Source: Mobula hypostoma (taxonomy: Eukaryota). Taken from it: a stretch of DNA of 64,000 nucleotides. The notes beneath the pieces are model-generated. The model worked only from the letters and a program-made list of their open reading frames with translations. It did no database searches and had not been told where the DNA came from. The translations under genes and the position numbers were made by a program. Positions 63,553 to 64,000 of this stretch are shown here, piece after piece. Location of the stretch: NCBI RefSeq assembly GCF_963921235.1, contig NC_086098.1, forward strand, positions 154,442,001-154,506,000, in the 5' to 3' direction. Position 1 is the stretch's first letter. The number at the start of each line of letters is the position of its first letter.

Positions 63553-63875
63553 ATCCACAACCCCCCGTGGTGTCCGTCCTCGGACCTTCGACAGAAGAAC
63601 TCAGGGGAAAGGGCACCGCCACCCTGGTGTGTTTGGTGAGTGGGTTTAATCCGGGCGCTGTGAATATCGAGTGGACTATGGATGGTAATACCAGAAAGAA
63701 TGGCGTTGAGACCAGCCGGATCCAGCAGGACACGGACAACACGTTCAGTGCGAGTAGTTACCTGACTCTGCCCGCCTCAGACTGGAACTCACACGAGCTT
63801 TTCTCCTGCGTGGTTAAACACGAGACTCAAGCAGCCCCACTTAAAGCAAACGTCATGAGATCCAGCTGTATCTAA
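63553..63875 (+). CDS. IGLC: Ig lambda constant exon, cluster 2
   Basis: Acceptor TTTTTATTTCAG. PQPPVVSVLGPS...ATLVCLVSGF...EW...SSYLTL...FSCVVKHE...RSSCI*. L+VJ+C totals 714 nt, or 237 aa in frame. Confidence 0.95.
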
Positions 63876-63911
63876 TTCAAGCAATCTATGTACCGATTCA
63901 TTACATTTGAA

Positions 63912-63917
63912 AATAAG
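63912..63917 (+). terminator. Candidate variant poly(A) signal AATAAG
   Basis: It is the only AATAA-like hexamer between the C stop codon and the window end, and is followed by GT/T-rich sequence. Confidence 0.35.
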
Positions 63918-64000
63918 TGTCTCGTTTCGACGTTGCCTCTTTGATTTTGTTGGATACATTTTCGGTCATAGCAGATGAACAGTGATTGCTTGAATGCATT

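Noticed and set aside
1-64000. tRNA, rRNA or CRISPR features
   Set aside because: None seen. The tRNA-matching 18-mers are primer-binding sites, and the sequence is eukaryotic with no spacer-repeat arrays.

Overview
This is repeat-rich vertebrate genomic DNA, almost certainly from a cartilaginous fish and probably a ray. That assignment is inferred from the WYWQKP-type lambda light chain and the repeat families. The window holds two tandem, same-strand immunoglobulin light-chain lambda (type II/NS3-like) clusters about 31 kb apart, each with a germline-joined VJ exon. Cluster 2 (60253-63875) is complete: leader, VJ and C, predicting 237 aa. Cluster 1 (28960-29437) keeps its promoter block, leader, open VJ and splice donor. 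However, about 2.7 kb including its C exon and poly(A) region has been replaced by a CR1 LINE. All exon junctions are phase 1, so the orphan VJ could splice in frame onto the downstream C exon, or onto the downstream VJ exon to give a V-V-C chain; this is untested. The two VJ exons also show a sharp gene-conversion-like identity block. The rest is nested mobile DNA. A full-length 10.1 kb class I endogenous retrovirus (7732-17831) has a tRNA-Ser PBS, atypical TA...AA termini, a 2H-phosphoesterase-like module between protease and RT, and a 501-codon open env. There are three Ty3/Gypsy lineages (SCAN-gag, PNMA-like gag, Sushi-like), a decayed retrovirus-like pol with two RNase H-like domains, L1, CR1 and Rex/Babar-like LINEs, hAT-like pieces and a hammerhead-bearing short repeat. 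All alignments and counts were done by eye and are approximate.
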